This document shows, one piece after another, positions 49,773-58,109 of a stretch of 64,000 nucleotides of DNA. The notes below the pieces were generated by a model. The model searched no databases. It saw only the letters and a list, made by a program, of their open reading frames with translations, and was not told the DNA's origin. The position numbers and the translations under genes are program-made. Position 1 is the stretch's first letter, and each line of letters starts with the position of its first letter. The DNA is from Candidatus Zhuqueibacterota bacterium (GTDB lineage: Bacteria > Zhuqueibacterota > Zhuqueibacteria > Thermofontimicrobiales > Thiofontviventaceae), in NCBI GenBank assembly GCA_016926625.1, contig JAFGOE010000013.1, positions 79,587 to 143,586 of the forward strand, given 5' to 3'.

Positions 49773-50344
49773 TCGCCTCGGAGCTCCTTCTTAATCTCTG
49801 TGATTTGAACCGTCTCCTCTGTTGTTAAATTTATTTTCGATTCAAGAAATTCGATCATATTGAGTATCAGGCGGGGCTCATAACTTGAATAATGAGTGGG
49901 CAGTAATTGTATGATCGTCTGAAAATGTTCTTTCGCCTGGTGTTTTCGATTGAAGAAAAAAGGCAGATAATAACACGTGCTTCCGTGTATAAACAAAGCT
50001 TCAATATCTTCAGGGCTGCTTTGCAGGCCCTTGTCCATGATACTCAGGCCTTTATTTACCCATTTCATTTTGGCGAATGGTGAGAACACGTGTTTCCCTC
50101 TGATCGCATAAAGAGCACCGATATAAGTAAGCGCTTTTCCCTCTAATGATTCCGTTTTCGCGAGTTCTTCAAAGAAGTATATGGCGTCGTCAATTTTAGA
50201 TTCATCTTCCAGAGACTCATAGAATTGATCCCTGGCTTGTGTCAAGAGGTCTGCATTATCCGTATCGTGTTCGGCAGGACATATCGGGCTTGCCAGAACG
50301 AGATGGAATGCAATCATTAAAATTATGTTTCGAAATGAGATCAT
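49769..50344 (-). CDS. Hypothetical secreted helical (TPR-like) protein, first gene of the carotenoid operon
   Basis: Signal peptide MISFRNIILMIAFHLVLASP. All-helical composition. Its stop overlaps the cyclase start (ATGA-type coupling). No recognisable catalytic motif. Confidence 0.5.
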   Translation of the reverse strand: MISFRNIILMIAFHLVLASPICPAEHDTDNADLLTQARDQFYESLEDESKIDDAIYFFEELAKTESLEGKALTYIGALYAIRGKHVFSPFAKMKWVNKGLSIMDKGLQSSPEDIEALFIHGSTCYYLPFFFNRKHQAKEHFQTIIQLLPTHYSSYEPRLILNMIEFLESKINLTTEETVQITEIKKELRGD

Positions 50345-50456
50345 AGTACCGTTTCAACTTCCAGCAGATGATAAATGAATTTGGTTTATACAATTTATTA
50401 AATTACGAAAATGAAAAATTATTGTCAAGCAGAAAGAGTTTTTTTATCATAATATC

Positions 50457-50485
50457 TTGACAAGGTATGGCAAATTTCTTATATT
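50457..50485 (+). promoter_or_regulatory. Putative sigma70-type promoter of the regulator gene (TTGACA-17-TATATT)
   Basis: Consensus TTGACA at 50457-50462, a 17-nt spacer, and TATATT at 50480-50485, about 70 nt upstream of the ATG at 50559. Confidence 0.5.
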
Positions 50486-50558
50486 AATTGAGCCGTAGAG
50501 GTACGAAGGATTATCTAAATTTTTTTGACGAGTTAAGCCGCAAAGGAATTTACACTAT

Positions 50559-51431
50559 ATGGAGACTAAAAAAGAGATGTTAACGATTATGGAAACCGCA
50601 TTAATTTTAGGTGTTAAGGTTTCCTATGTCAAGAAGATCGCTGAACAGGGTGATTTAAACTCCACTGTTTCAGACAAAGGTTTGATTCTGTTTACCATGG
50701 ATGAGATAACCAGCTACATTAAAAAACAGGATATCGATAGCGACATAAAGCCTTTATTCCCAATGAATGACGATACAGAGATCAACGTATGCTACCATAT
50801 CGTAAAAGGAGAATTCGCTCAGCTTATAAATTATTCGTATCTGCAGTCACTTCTTTTCAACAGGCTGCGGGTCTTCCAGGTGTTGAAGGGCCTTTCCGCT
50901 ATGAAGCGGTCATTATTTGATATCTATGACGAACTCGTCGTTCCGATTCTGGACCGAAACCTGGAATTTTATAAACAAGGAAAAGTGACTGTTATGGAGA
51001 TGCAGTTAGTGAAGCATGTGATCATAGATTCGATTATACGTCTTCAGGGGCTGATGGTGATTGATGATGATTACGTAGGAACTGTCTATTGCGCCACCCT
51101 ATCGAAGGATTACATCGATCCTTTATTGAAGATGATGGACCATGTACTCGAACTGCGAGGATTCCGAGTCATTAATTGCGGAACTTTAGAGCCCACAACG
51201 AACGTTGAAAAGATATTTGATGATTTTTGTTGTCCTCAGAGAATTTACATATCAGTGCCTAGAGATTATGATGACAACGACGTATGCAAGACTCTTAAAA
51301 ATCTAATGACGATAGTGTCGAAATATAATGCAAAGATCTTCCTGTTAACACAGGGCAGGAAATCATGTATGCGAGATGTAGATGGTGTTATTACTATAGT
51401 GCAAACATTTAGTGATATTGCGAACAGTTAA
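50559..51431 (+). CDS. MerR/excisionase-type HTH regulator with CarH/LitR-like C-terminal (B12-binding-like) module lacking the canonical cobalamin ligand residues
   Basis: N-terminal HTH LTIMETALILGVKVSYVKKIAEQGDL. Central helical segment PILDRNLEFYKQGKVTVMEMQLVKH aligns with the Wx9EH region of CarH as Fx9EM. A Rossmann-like segment VYCATLSKDYIDPLLKMMDHVLELRGFRVINCG...RIYISV resembles the B12-binding domain but has no His at the expected position. Divergent from a carotenoid operon. Confidence 0.5.
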   Translation: METKKEMLTIMETALILGVKVSYVKKIAEQGDLNSTVSDKGLILFTMDEITSYIKKQDIDSDIKPLFPMNDDTEINVCYHIVKGEFAQLINYSYLQSLLFNRLRVFQVLKGLSAMKRSLFDIYDELVVPILDRNLEFYKQGKVTVMEMQLVKHVIIDSIIRLQGLMVIDDDYVGTVYCATLSKDYIDPLLKMMDHVLELRGFRVINCGTLEPTTNVEKIFDDFCCPQRIYISVPRDYDDNDVCKTLKNLMTIVSKYNAKIFLLTQGRKSCMRDVDGVITIVQTFSDIANS

Positions 51432-51458
51432 GGTGATAATTAAGAAGAAGGTTATAGG

Positions 51459-53801
51459 GTGAAAATGAAAAAAAAGATAGCGTCGATGCTTTTGTTGCTG
51501 ATCTCAACAATCAATCTGCACGCGCAGGACGGAAACTCCATCATAGGAAAGATCATCGATTCCAGGACAAAAGAGCCATTAATCGGTGTGAACGTAATTG
51601 TACTGGATACCGATCGCGGTGCTTCCTCTGATATGGATGGGAATTACATTATATCCAATATCCCTGTGGGTACCTATCGTTTGCGTTTTGATTATATTGG
51701 TTACACGCAGCTATTTAAAACCGATATCGTAGTTAAGTCATCGCGACCTACTTTCGTGAATGTGGAACTGGATGAGAGCGTGATTGCGGGGGAGGAGGTT
51801 GTGGTAACGGCGGGTTATTTTGTAGAGGAAGAGAAAACCCAAACGAGCACAATTGCTTTATCTCAGGAGGAGATTAGACGATTTCCGGGGGGATTCGAAG
51901 ATGTGGTGAGAACCGTGTCTACATTACCCGGTGTGGCGATCAATTCGGCAGGAGGAAGAAATGATCTTCTAGTTCGTGGAGGGGGTCCTGCAGAGAATTT
52001 ATATCTGGTGAACAACATCGAGGTGCCTAACATCAATCATTTCGGTACGCAGGGAAACAGCAGCGGAAGTTTAAGCTTTATCGATTTAGATTTTGTCGAG
52101 GATGTCACTTTCTCCACAGGAGGATTCGGTGCTCAATACGGCGACAAGATGTCGTCGATATTAGCGTTAAAAATGATCGATGAACAGCCTAAAAATTTCG
52201 AAACCAGGTTAAACATATCGGCGACACAGTACGGATTCAATGTTCAGACGCCGGTCACTGATAAAGGCAATTTCGTATTTTCTGCGCGCAAGAGTTATCT
52301 CGATCTCATATTCAAGGCAGCGGGTTTACCGTTCGTACCGATTTATACCGATTTCAATATTATTTTGAATTACGACCTGTCTCCGAAGGACAAGCTGTTT
52401 ATGATCGGACTTTCGGCGATTAATGAAGTGGACCGGGATCAGAGTTCATTAGAAAATCGTGTGAGGAACGCCGCTCTGCTTGACAATAGTCAATATCAGG
52501 CAATTTCAGGATTGAACTATCGGCGGTTACTCCAGAGCGGATATCTCGATTTAACCGTGAGTACGAATTTGTTCCGTTATCGCTTCAGTCAGTTAGACGA
52601 TAAAGAAGAAGAGTATTTCAATACCAATGCTGATGAGCGTGAACACCTGCTCAAGGCTCAACATTACTGGCTTGTTAATAAGCGGATCGGTTTGAAGAGT
52701 GGTGTTTCCATGAAATACGTACAAAATGACAATAGCACGACGTTCGCTGACACGGTTTACGATCTTAGTGGCAATAAACTTCCGTTCGATGCGCTGGGAT
52801 TAGCACGGCGGACTAACATCAAAACGGATGCTCAGAAATATGGTGCCTTTGTTGAATTGGAGTGGTTGCCCACTGATCTGTTGACAATCAATGCCGGTGT
52901 TCGGCTCGATTATTATACGTTCATCAACAGCAAAGCGTACATGAGTCCGCGTTTGTCCTTGAAGTACAAGGTGATGACGAATCATAGTCTGAGATTGAGT
53001 GGTGGATTATATCGTCAATCACCTTCTTATGTATGGGTGGCGAATCCTGAGAATAAAGAGTTAACGGCCCTGACGAACAGCATGGCGGTGTTAGGATGGG
53101 ATTGTCTATATCGAAATGATATTAGATTATCATTGGAAACATATTATAAACAATATCGCGATCTGCCCGGTGGCGTTTTACCGGGGATCACCGATTATGT
53201 GGTCATAAACAACACGGGTACGGGTTATGGCGGACGGGAGGATAATTTCCAATCCTTTGGATATTTTACGCTGACATCCACTGCGAAAGGGGAAGCATAT
53301 GGCATCGAATTTCTTGTACAAAAGAAATTTTCCGAAATTCCACTGTATGGATTACTCAGTCTGAGCTATGGTAAGAGCGAAATTAGGGCCAATAACGGGA
53401 TCACCTATCCGAATCAGTATGACCAGCGCTTCATCTTGAATTTATCCGGAGGGTATATATTTAATTCGAAATGGGAGGTAGCCGGAAAATTCAGGTACTT
53501 TACGGGTGTCCCTTACACACCGGTTTACAGGCCCGATGAAAATCCGTTGCGTCCGGGCTCAATACAAAATTTTCCTGACGAATATTTGAGTGCCCGCCTT
53601 AAACCGGGACATCATCTGGACATCAGAATCGATCGCTATTTCAATTTCAGTAATTGGACCCTCATCGTCTATGTTGATATACAAAATGTATATAATTATC
53701 GTATACCACAGAAACCGAGATACGATTTTTGGGATAACAAGATAAACGATGCAAGCGACATAGGCATACTACCATCGATCGGAGTAAGCCTTGAATTATA
53801 A
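51459..53801 (+). CDS. TonB-dependent outer-membrane receptor with N-terminal carboxypeptidase-regulatory-like domain
   Basis: Signal peptide. CarboxypepD_reg pattern I.GKI.D..T.EPL.GVNV......GA.SD.DG.Y.I.NIP.G.Y.L.F..IGY. Plug region ...EIRRFPG...DV.R....LPGV. C-terminal beta-barrel ending ...GILPSIGVSLEL. Confidence 0.85.
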   Translation: MKMKKKIASMLLLLISTINLHAQDGNSIIGKIIDSRTKEPLIGVNVIVLDTDRGASSDMDGNYIISNIPVGTYRLRFDYIGYTQLFKTDIVVKSSRPTFVNVELDESVIAGEEVVVTAGYFVEEEKTQTSTIALSQEEIRRFPGGFEDVVRTVSTLPGVAINSAGGRNDLLVRGGGPAENLYLVNNIEVPNINHFGTQGNSSGSLSFIDLDFVEDVTFSTGGFGAQYGDKMSSILALKMIDEQPKNFETRLNISATQYGFNVQTPVTDKGNFVFSARKSYLDLIFKAAGLPFVPIYTDFNIILNYDLSPKDKLFMIGLSAINEVDRDQSSLENRVRNAALLDNSQYQAISGLNYRRLLQSGYLDLTVSTNLFRYRFSQLDDKEEEYFNTNADEREHLLKAQHYWLVNKRIGLKSGVSMKYVQNDNSTTFADTVYDLSGNKLPFDALGLARRTNIKTDAQKYGAFVELEWLPTDLLTINAGVRLDYYTFINSKAYMSPRLSLKYKVMTNHSLRLSGGLYRQSPSYVWVANPENKELTALTNSMAVLGWDCLYRNDIRLSLETYYKQYRDLPGGVLPGITDYVVINNTGTGYGGREDNFQSFGYFTLTSTAKGEAYGIEFLVQKKFSEIPLYGLLSLSYGKSEIRANNGITYPNQYDQRFILNLSGGYIFNSKWEVAGKFRYFTGVPYTPVYRPDENPLRPGSIQNFPDEYLSARLKPGHHLDIRIDRYFNFSNWTLIVYVDIQNVYNYRIPQKPRYDFWDNKINDASDIGILPSIGVSLEL

Positions 53802-53955
53802 TGCAGTCAGATAATCAACTTGCAGATTAATGACGGTATTCACACTGAAGTAAATAATCGGGTTGCTTTCAGCCATCGTCTGGTACGGCCCGGCGCGCTC
53901 GGATTTCCGGGTTTGCATACTGGGACATTATTAAACCGATAAAACGGGAGAGGAA

Positions 53956-54969
53956 ATGGAAGTGCTGACGAAATTGTGGTCCAGGGGGAAAGAGTTTCTG
54001 GGAGTCGATTATCCGATAATGGCTGGTGCGATGACCTGGATATCGAATTATAAACTCGTCTCAGCTGTGAGTAACAACGGCGGTTTTGGCTGCTTAGCTG
54101 CTGGTAATATGCCGCCTGAATTACTCGCGCGAGAAATCGATCTGACTTTTGCAGCGACAGCTAAACCGTTTGCCACCAATTTAATCACGATAGCCCCCAA
54201 CTACCGGGAACATATGAAAATAGCAGTCGATAAAGGCGTACCGTTTATCATCTTCGCCGGAAGTTTCCCACGCGGTTCGGATATCAAAGTGGCAAAACAG
54301 AACGGCGCAAAGGTGCTGGCGTTTGCATCGAACGAATCGATCGCGCAGCGAATGATCGATTCCGGGGTTGATGGTTTGCTGCTTGAAGGAATGGAAGCAG
54401 GCGGACACATCGGACATGTCAGCCTGATCATTCTCTTGCAGCAGGTGCTGTTTAATATAAAAGATTTTCCTATTTTTGTAGCAGGAGGAATCGGAACAGG
54501 TAAACTGGTTGCTCATCTCTTGTTAATGGGAGCGTATGGCATACAGATGGGCACCCGGTTCGTTGCTACGGAGGAGTCTGAGGTTCATCCCCGATTCAAA
54601 GAGGTTTTTTTAAAGGCCCGTGCTCGGGATGCTATCGCGACTCCGGCCGTGGGTTCAGAACTCAATGTGGTAGCGGTACGGGCGATAAAGAACAAGGGCA
54701 TGAATCTCTTTGCCGATCTGCAGATGGAGCTTATCCAAAAAAACAGACGCGGCGAGATCTCGAAACAGGACGCTCAATTTGAAGTCGAACATTTCTGGGT
54801 CGGTGCACTGCGTAAAGCGGTTCAAGAGGGTGACGTGGACTATGGGTCGTTAATGGCGGGTCAAAGCGTCGGGTTGATCGACAAGGTACAAACAATCCGC
54901 GAGCTCTTCGATGAAATTATGACCGATGCTGAAGACGAATTGCAGCGTATTCGAGTTGCTCTCGGATGA
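53956..54969 (+). CDS. Nitronate monooxygenase / enoyl-ACP reductase II (FabK-like) family FMN protein
   Basis: ...YPI..G.M.WIS...L..AVSN.GG.G.L..G.., ...EG.EAGGHIG, ...AGGI..G......L.GA.G.Q.GTRF..T.ES. Confidence 0.75.
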   Translation: MEVLTKLWSRGKEFLGVDYPIMAGAMTWISNYKLVSAVSNNGGFGCLAAGNMPPELLAREIDLTFAATAKPFATNLITIAPNYREHMKIAVDKGVPFIIFAGSFPRGSDIKVAKQNGAKVLAFASNESIAQRMIDSGVDGLLLEGMEAGGHIGHVSLIILLQQVLFNIKDFPIFVAGGIGTGKLVAHLLLMGAYGIQMGTRFVATEESEVHPRFKEVFLKARARDAIATPAVGSELNVVAVRAIKNKGMNLFADLQMELIQKNRRGEISKQDAQFEVEHFWVGALRKAVQEGDVDYGSLMAGQSVGLIDKVQTIRELFDEIMTDAEDELQRIRVALG

Positions 54970-55012
54970 AGTAGATGAGAACATGCTCTGCAATTAGTTT
55001 TAATGTCGCGGA

Positions 55013-56938
55013 TTAATTTAGTTCATTATTTAAGTAATATTTTGGAACGATTCGATAGCTTTCGGACGTGATTTCATCGTAGTCAACGAATTTTGAACGA
55101 TCGAACGGTTCAAATTTTTCCGGCGATCGAACGCGACTGAAATAGACAATATCCGGATCAACACTTCCCCCGTAACCATCGAAATATTCGCTGCTATAGT
55201 TTATCCCATTGGTTGAACCTTGAGTGGACCAGTATCTGATTCCTATCGTGTCGTCGTTGGTGCTTGTTAGCCAATCGATGAAGATCACAGAATGGCCAGA
55301 ACCACTCGTCCTCCAAAATTGCAGGTAATCACCCTTAGTCACATCCGCCCAGTTCATGATTCGGTCGCCTAAACCAAATCGTTCCAGGGCGACCCCCGGT
55401 CCATCTCCCCACATTCGTTCGACAAACCAAAGATGGAGCAGATATTTCATATCGGCGACGCTCATCGAATTAACGATGTCGGCTCTATCGAGATCGTCTA
55501 ATAAGCGCAGTATCGATCTGAGAAAAACCTCAAACGTTAGACCACAACAATAACAACTTTTGCTCCCATCAGGGTTGGCGTTGGCGATAAGTTCTCCCAG
55601 ATAATACAGATTGCGGGTGACTCCAGAGTAAGTGTTGACCCATGCGTAGGGATGCGTGCCGTCGCGCGGATATTCTTCGAGTACGTCGATAGTATATTCA
55701 TTGAAATGGATATTTACTGGCTCTCTAATCGACAGGTAGACAGAGTCCGGTACCAGGATGTTTCGGTCGTCCAACAACTCGAAAAAGACGTAGTCATCGA
55801 ATAGTTCGATCGGATTGCCTGATAATTTGAAATTAACAAAACTTAATTGCTGCGGGAGATCACTGATCAGCTGAATCGTGGCCATACCGCGGTTATTTCG
55901 TATAAGAGCCAAATCGTCATACGCAATATTCAAATACCCGCGTCTGAAGCGATCTCTGTCGATTTTCAATCGGGGCTCTACCTGATAATTCAGTATATAA
56001 TACGACACGTGACTACTGCCTGTTTCGTTCAATCTCAGATAGATCGAACTCGTTTCCACCTTCTTAATAAATAGTGAAACGATATCGTTATCGATAAATT
56101 CCCATTCGATGGCAGCGTGCTGTGACGATAGTTCGACTTCTTTCTCGTGGTAAATCTCGAGTGTATCACGAACACTCTCTCCGGACATGACGATTTTCGG
56201 TTTCGAAGATGTTCTTACGAACGGATGAACATGTACGACGATCTCTCCCAATATTAAGGTGCTGTCATTGACATCGTATTCGATAGTGAGGGTTGTGTCG
56301 GCGATATCTCTGTCGCTAATCTGAACCGTTAGCTCGGCGCGGGAGATTACTTTAGACAAATAATCGGGAGTATTGTTTATAGTGAAGACAGGCACGGCTT
56401 CGCTTGCTAATAAACACATTTTCTTAATATGGGTGACCTCATTGAATTTCATCACGAAAAAATAGGTTCCCATGGTACAATAATTCTTAAATTCATCGCG
56501 ACCATCCCATAGCAGTTGGTATGTACCGGGTAATTGATAGCCTTCGTAAACTGTCCGTACCTTTTGTCCGAGAATATTGTAGACAGCGATTTGTATATTC
56601 CCTGTTACATGGGTATGGTAGGAAATGGTGGTGTAGCCGTTGAAGGGATTCGGATAATTATCGAACAACTGAAATTGTGTCGGTTTCTGCTGAGAATGCT
56701 TCTTAACACCGGTCTGAATAAATAGGAAATAACCGGTACTATCGGTATACGTGCTGCCGATCAATTCTCTCTTCTCATAAAAAGCGACGCGCACTCGATC
56801 CAGTCTTTCGGTTGTACCCAATCCGTTTATTAAGTGACCAGAAATTGAATGGATTTGGCTAAAGGCGTTAGATATCATCAACAGTGATATCATAGTAATA
56901 ATTGCAGCTAATCTTCTCACGATCACGCTCCGAATCAA
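55013..56938 (-). CDS. Secreted multidomain protein: CarboxypepD_reg-like segment, internal T9SS/FlgD-Ig-like sorting-type domain, unknown middle region, C-terminal putative papain-fold (NlpC/P60- or transglutaminase-like) Cys/His domain
   Basis: Signal peptide ...LLMISNAFSQ. Residues 88-176 read FQLFDNYPNPFNGYTTISY....G.I.IAVYNILGQKV.T......PGTYQ..WDG.......GTYFF. The C-terminus has SCYCCGLTFEVFLR ... KGDYLQFWRTSGSGHSVIFIDW. Confidence 0.55.
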   Translation of the reverse strand: MIRSVIVRRLAAIITMISLLMISNAFSQIHSISGHLINGLGTTERLDRVRVAFYEKRELIGSTYTDSTGYFLFIQTGVKKHSQQKPTQFQLFDNYPNPFNGYTTISYHTHVTGNIQIAVYNILGQKVRTVYEGYQLPGTYQLLWDGRDEFKNYCTMGTYFFVMKFNEVTHIKKMCLLASEAVPVFTINNTPDYLSKVISRAELTVQISDRDIADTTLTIEYDVNDSTLILGEIVVHVHPFVRTSSKPKIVMSGESVRDTLEIYHEKEVELSSQHAAIEWEFIDNDIVSLFIKKVETSSIYLRLNETGSSHVSYYILNYQVEPRLKIDRDRFRRGYLNIAYDDLALIRNNRGMATIQLISDLPQQLSFVNFKLSGNPIELFDDYVFFELLDDRNILVPDSVYLSIREPVNIHFNEYTIDVLEEYPRDGTHPYAWVNTYSGVTRNLYYLGELIANANPDGSKSCYCCGLTFEVFLRSILRLLDDLDRADIVNSMSVADMKYLLHLWFVERMWGDGPGVALERFGLGDRIMNWADVTKGDYLQFWRTSGSGHSVIFIDWLTSTNDDTIGIRYWSTQGSTNGINYSSEYFDGYGGSVDPDIVYFSRVRSPEKFEPFDRSKFVDYDEITSESYRIVPKYYLNNELN

Positions 56939-56956
56939 TACATGGGTTTCAACGAT

Positions 56957-58099
56957 CTATTCATGTTCAGTATATTGATCAATCGTTTCCTGATAGCTCT
57001 GAATGAGTTTCTTATTGATGTAGTCCCAGTTGAATTCCGCAGAATATCGCTTCGCATTCGCGCCCAATAACCTCCGCTTTTCAGCATCAGTCAATATAGT
57101 ACGGACGTGTTTTGCAAAATCGGCAGGATTATTTGATTTGGCGATAAATCCGGTTTCGCCGTGTTTGATGAGGTCGGCGACTCCGCCTTTATCCACACTG
57201 ACAACCGGTATCCCCGATGCATAGGCCTCGAGGATCACGTTTCCGAAAGTTTCCGTCGTAGACGGAAATACGAAGATATCGGACGAAGCAAACAATCGTG
57301 ATAAATCCTCGTTATGAAGATACCCGGTAAAATGGGCTTCGGGCAAATTCTCCTCAAGTTCCTCGCGCATCGGACCATCTCCAACCAGGACCAATTTATA
57401 CTGTACACCGTCTTGTTTGAGTATTTTATCCATTTCGACGAGGTCATCTAAATCCTTCTCTTTCACGAGTCTGCCGACGAAGAGGAGAATGCAGTCGTCT
57501 GTTGAGGCACCCAGACTCTCACGCAGCGCATCACTCCTGTATGTCGGTGAGAAACGTGACATATCGATCCCGCGCTGCCATAATTCAATGTTTTCAAATC
57601 CTTTCTGAGATAGTTCATCGGCGGTGCTTTTCGATGGGACGAATACACGATTGAACTGATTATAAAACCATCTCAAATAATTCCAACCCACGCTCTCGAC
57701 TAAACTCAGACCGTAGTACTTGAAGTATGACACGAAATGTGTATGATAACTGGAAACGGCAGGGATGTTGTTGTGTATGGCGTAGTTTAATCCCATCACG
57801 CCAAGAGCAGTAGGACTTACCGTATGAATGATATCGGGTGCGAAACTATCTAACACGTCTTCGAGTTCCAATCGATCCAGTAATGGCAAGCTGAAGCGAT
57901 AATCCCGATACAGGATAAAGGGGACCGATGAAACTTTATAGACTTTGTCACTCCACGGGATGGAATTCGACGGTTTGAATGGAGAGATAAATCTAAATTC
58001 GATATGATTAGTCTCCAGAGTTTGGATCAAATTGACTAATGTTCTTGCTACTCCATCCGTTTGAGGTGGAAGGCTCTCTGTAAAATAGGCAACTTTCAT
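56957..58099 (-). CDS. Family-4 (GT-B) glycosyltransferase
   Basis: N-terminal MKVAYFTES..PQTDGVA.T, and C-terminal E-x7-E region FVFPSTTETFGNVILEAYASG.PVV. Confidence 0.8.
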   Translation of the reverse strand: MKVAYFTESLPPQTDGVARTLVNLIQTLETNHIEFRFISPFKPSNSIPWSDKVYKVSSVPFILYRDYRFSLPLLDRLELEDVLDSFAPDIIHTVSPTALGVMGLNYAIHNNIPAVSSYHTHFVSYFKYYGLSLVESVGWNYLRWFYNQFNRVFVPSKSTADELSQKGFENIELWQRGIDMSRFSPTYRSDALRESLGASTDDCILLFVGRLVKEKDLDDLVEMDKILKQDGVQYKLVLVGDGPMREELEENLPEAHFTGYLHNEDLSRLFASSDIFVFPSTTETFGNVILEAYASGIPVVSVDKGGVADLIKHGETGFIAKSNNPADFAKHVRTILTDAEKRRLLGANAKRYSAEFNWDYINKKLIQSYQETIDQYTEHE

Positions 58100-58109
58100 A
58101 AATTCCTCA

